Virus record (IMG/VR): IMGVR_UViG_3300022173_000041
Location: 9,678 to 73,677 of that record
From: a virus
Lineage: Duplodnaviria; Caudoviricetes
Length of the DNA stretch: 64,000 nt
Direction: 5' to 3' (one strand)
This document shows, one piece after another, positions 62,765-64,000 of the stretch. Within the stretch, counting starts at the first letter, position 1, and every line of letters starts with the position of its first letter. The translations under genes and the position numbers were made by a program. The notes under the pieces were generated by a model. That model worked only from the letters and a program-made list of their open reading frames with translations, did not search any database and was not told the DNA's origin.

Positions 62765-64000
62765 ATGGCGGCTGGCCTCACGCATCTCGACCCCATCAAT
62801 GTCACCCAACCTCCGGGTGGAAATCCCTTTGCTGCGCCGTCAACTGTTGATATTTCTCAACAGGATAACCAGCAGAATGATGGAGGTGTAAAAAATCCTG
62901 ATGGATCGGTCACGTTTGACTTCTCCCCGAAGGCGCCAGCCAGCGAAAACAATGACTTTTATAGAAATCTGGCTGACGATATCGATGAAGCTGAGCTGGA
63001 TCGTATTGCCTCTGACCTGTTGGATGGCATCCAGATCGACATCCAGTCCCGCAGGGAATGGCTGGAGAACCGGGCTAGAGGCATCGAATTACTAGGGTTT
63101 AAGCTTGAAATCCCGTCAGGCGAGGTTGGCGCGGAGAGTATATCCAAGGTCAGGCATCCTATTCTGGCAGACGCTGTTCTCCGGTTTCAGGCCAATGCCC
63201 GTGGCGAGCTTCTTCCTGCTGGTGGTCCGGTCAAGGTCAGGAACGACACTACCTTGGGTCCCAAGACCCCGATTGCCCAAGCCCCTCCTCCGACACCGCC
63301 TCCTGCTGCACCGCCTCAAATGGGACATAATGGTGGTCCACCAATGGGGAACCCAGCGATGGGTAACGCAGGCGGTCCACCTCCACCCCCAGCCCCGGCA
63401 GGGCCGCCTGCGCCTCCCCCGGGTATGCCTCCTCAGGGAGGGCCACCGCCCCCGCCTCCCGGTGCAGCCCCGCCGCCTCCTCCCACTGGGATGATGCTGC
63501 CTCCAGCTCCTGCCATTCCTGACGGACAAAATGATCCGGCAGACGAGATGGCGCAGGCGCTTGAGACCGACTTCAACCATTTCTTGACCGACGTAGCGAC
63601 TGAGTACGTCCCAGACACAGATCGTATGCTGTTCTGGATTGGCGCGGGGGGTCAGGGCTTCAAGAAGGTCTACAACTGTCCGATCCGACAAAGACCGGTT
63701 TCGGAGAGTGTTGATGCTGAGCATCTTGTCGTTAATGACGCTTCGACGGATTTGCAGAACTGTGGGCGCATTACCCATGTCATTAAGATGCGTCCTTCCA
63801 GTCTCAAGCGTATGCAGATTTTAGAAGTCTACCGCGACATTGAGCTGCCTACGGCGCCAGCCTTCATTCCTCCCACTCCAGTAGACCAAGAGAAGTCAGA
63901 GATATCTGGCATCAATCCTCAGGCTCAGCGCCCGGCAGATGCTGAGCATGAAATCTATGAATGCTATTGCGAGCTGGATATCTCTGGTTTTGAACATAAG
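62765..64000 (+). CDS. Portal protein (partial, runs off the window) with Pro-rich insert
   Basis: Open frame from ATG 62765: SRREW...GIELLG, VRHPIL..AVLRFQA.ARGELLPAGGPVK, DRMLF....G..FKKVY; follows terL. Confidence 0.85.
   Translation, partial: MAAGLTHLDPINVTQPPGGNPFAAPSTVDISQQDNQQNDGGVKNPDGSVTFDFSPKAPASENNDFYRNLADDIDEAELDRIASDLLDGIQIDIQSRREWLENRARGIELLGFKLEIPSGEVGAESISKVRHPILADAVLRFQANARGELLPAGGPVKVRNDTTLGPKTPIAQAPPPTPPPAAPPQMGHNGGPPMGNPAMGNAGGPPPPPAPAGPPAPPPGMPPQGGPPPPPPGAAPPPPPTGMMLPPAPAIPDGQNDPADEMAQALETDFNHFLTDVATEYVPDTDRMLFWIGAGGQGFKKVYNCPIRQRPVSESVDAEHLVVNDASTDLQNCGRITHVIKMRPSSLKRMQILEVYRDIELPTAPAFIPPTPVDQEKSEISGINPQAQRPADAEHEIYECYCELDISGFEHK

Noticed and set aside
1-64000. Diversity-generating retroelement, retron or group II intron
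   Set aside because: No reverse-transcriptase motifs in any ORF and no template/variable repeat pair noticed near the tail fibres
1-64000. Stop-codon reassignment
   Set aside because: Long conserved genes are intact in code 11 and TAA, TAG and TGA all end coupled genes

Overview
This window is most of the genome of a tailed dsDNA phage of probable podovirus type. The host is likely an alphaproteobacterium, judged from GcrA, a DnaA domain-IV protein, RlpA and a Rhizobiales-type CHAP-like protein. Layout: 1-19.8 kb rightward tail, DNA-ejection and lysis module; 19.8-27.5 kb leftward recombination module (AAA ATPase, HNH, SSB-like, ERF, YqaJ); 27.5-32.6 kb rightward regulation/replication genes, tRNA-Ser and a large AAA+ ATPase; 32.6-42.3 kb leftward early genes with an inverted, isolated TerS and a MoxR/VWA module; 42.3-43.8 kb non-coding divergent control region; 43.8-51.8 kb rightward small ORFs; 51.7-61.1 kb leftward nonulosonic-acid-type biosynthesis cluster with tRNA-Thr and a phosphatase; 61.1-64 kb TerL and a partial portal. 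Strongest leads: (1) about 16 small proteins, mostly unrelated, end in a shared acidic helix (EY[DE]EAMRAEEIMEGL, or an F-x-x-[DE]-[DE]-I-x-x-A-x-x-I-I variant); (2) nine intergenic RNA hairpins with covarying stems, a 3x2 internal loop and, in eight, a mutually exclusive second hairpin before the RBS; (3) a phage-borne pseudaminic-acid-like pathway with extra tailoring enzymes but no visible PseG or glycosyltransferase; (4) a non-canonical 76-nt tRNA-like cloverleaf. All family assignments come from motif recognition by eye; no database search was run. Several starts were moved from the ORF track to fit RBSs and stop/start overlaps.
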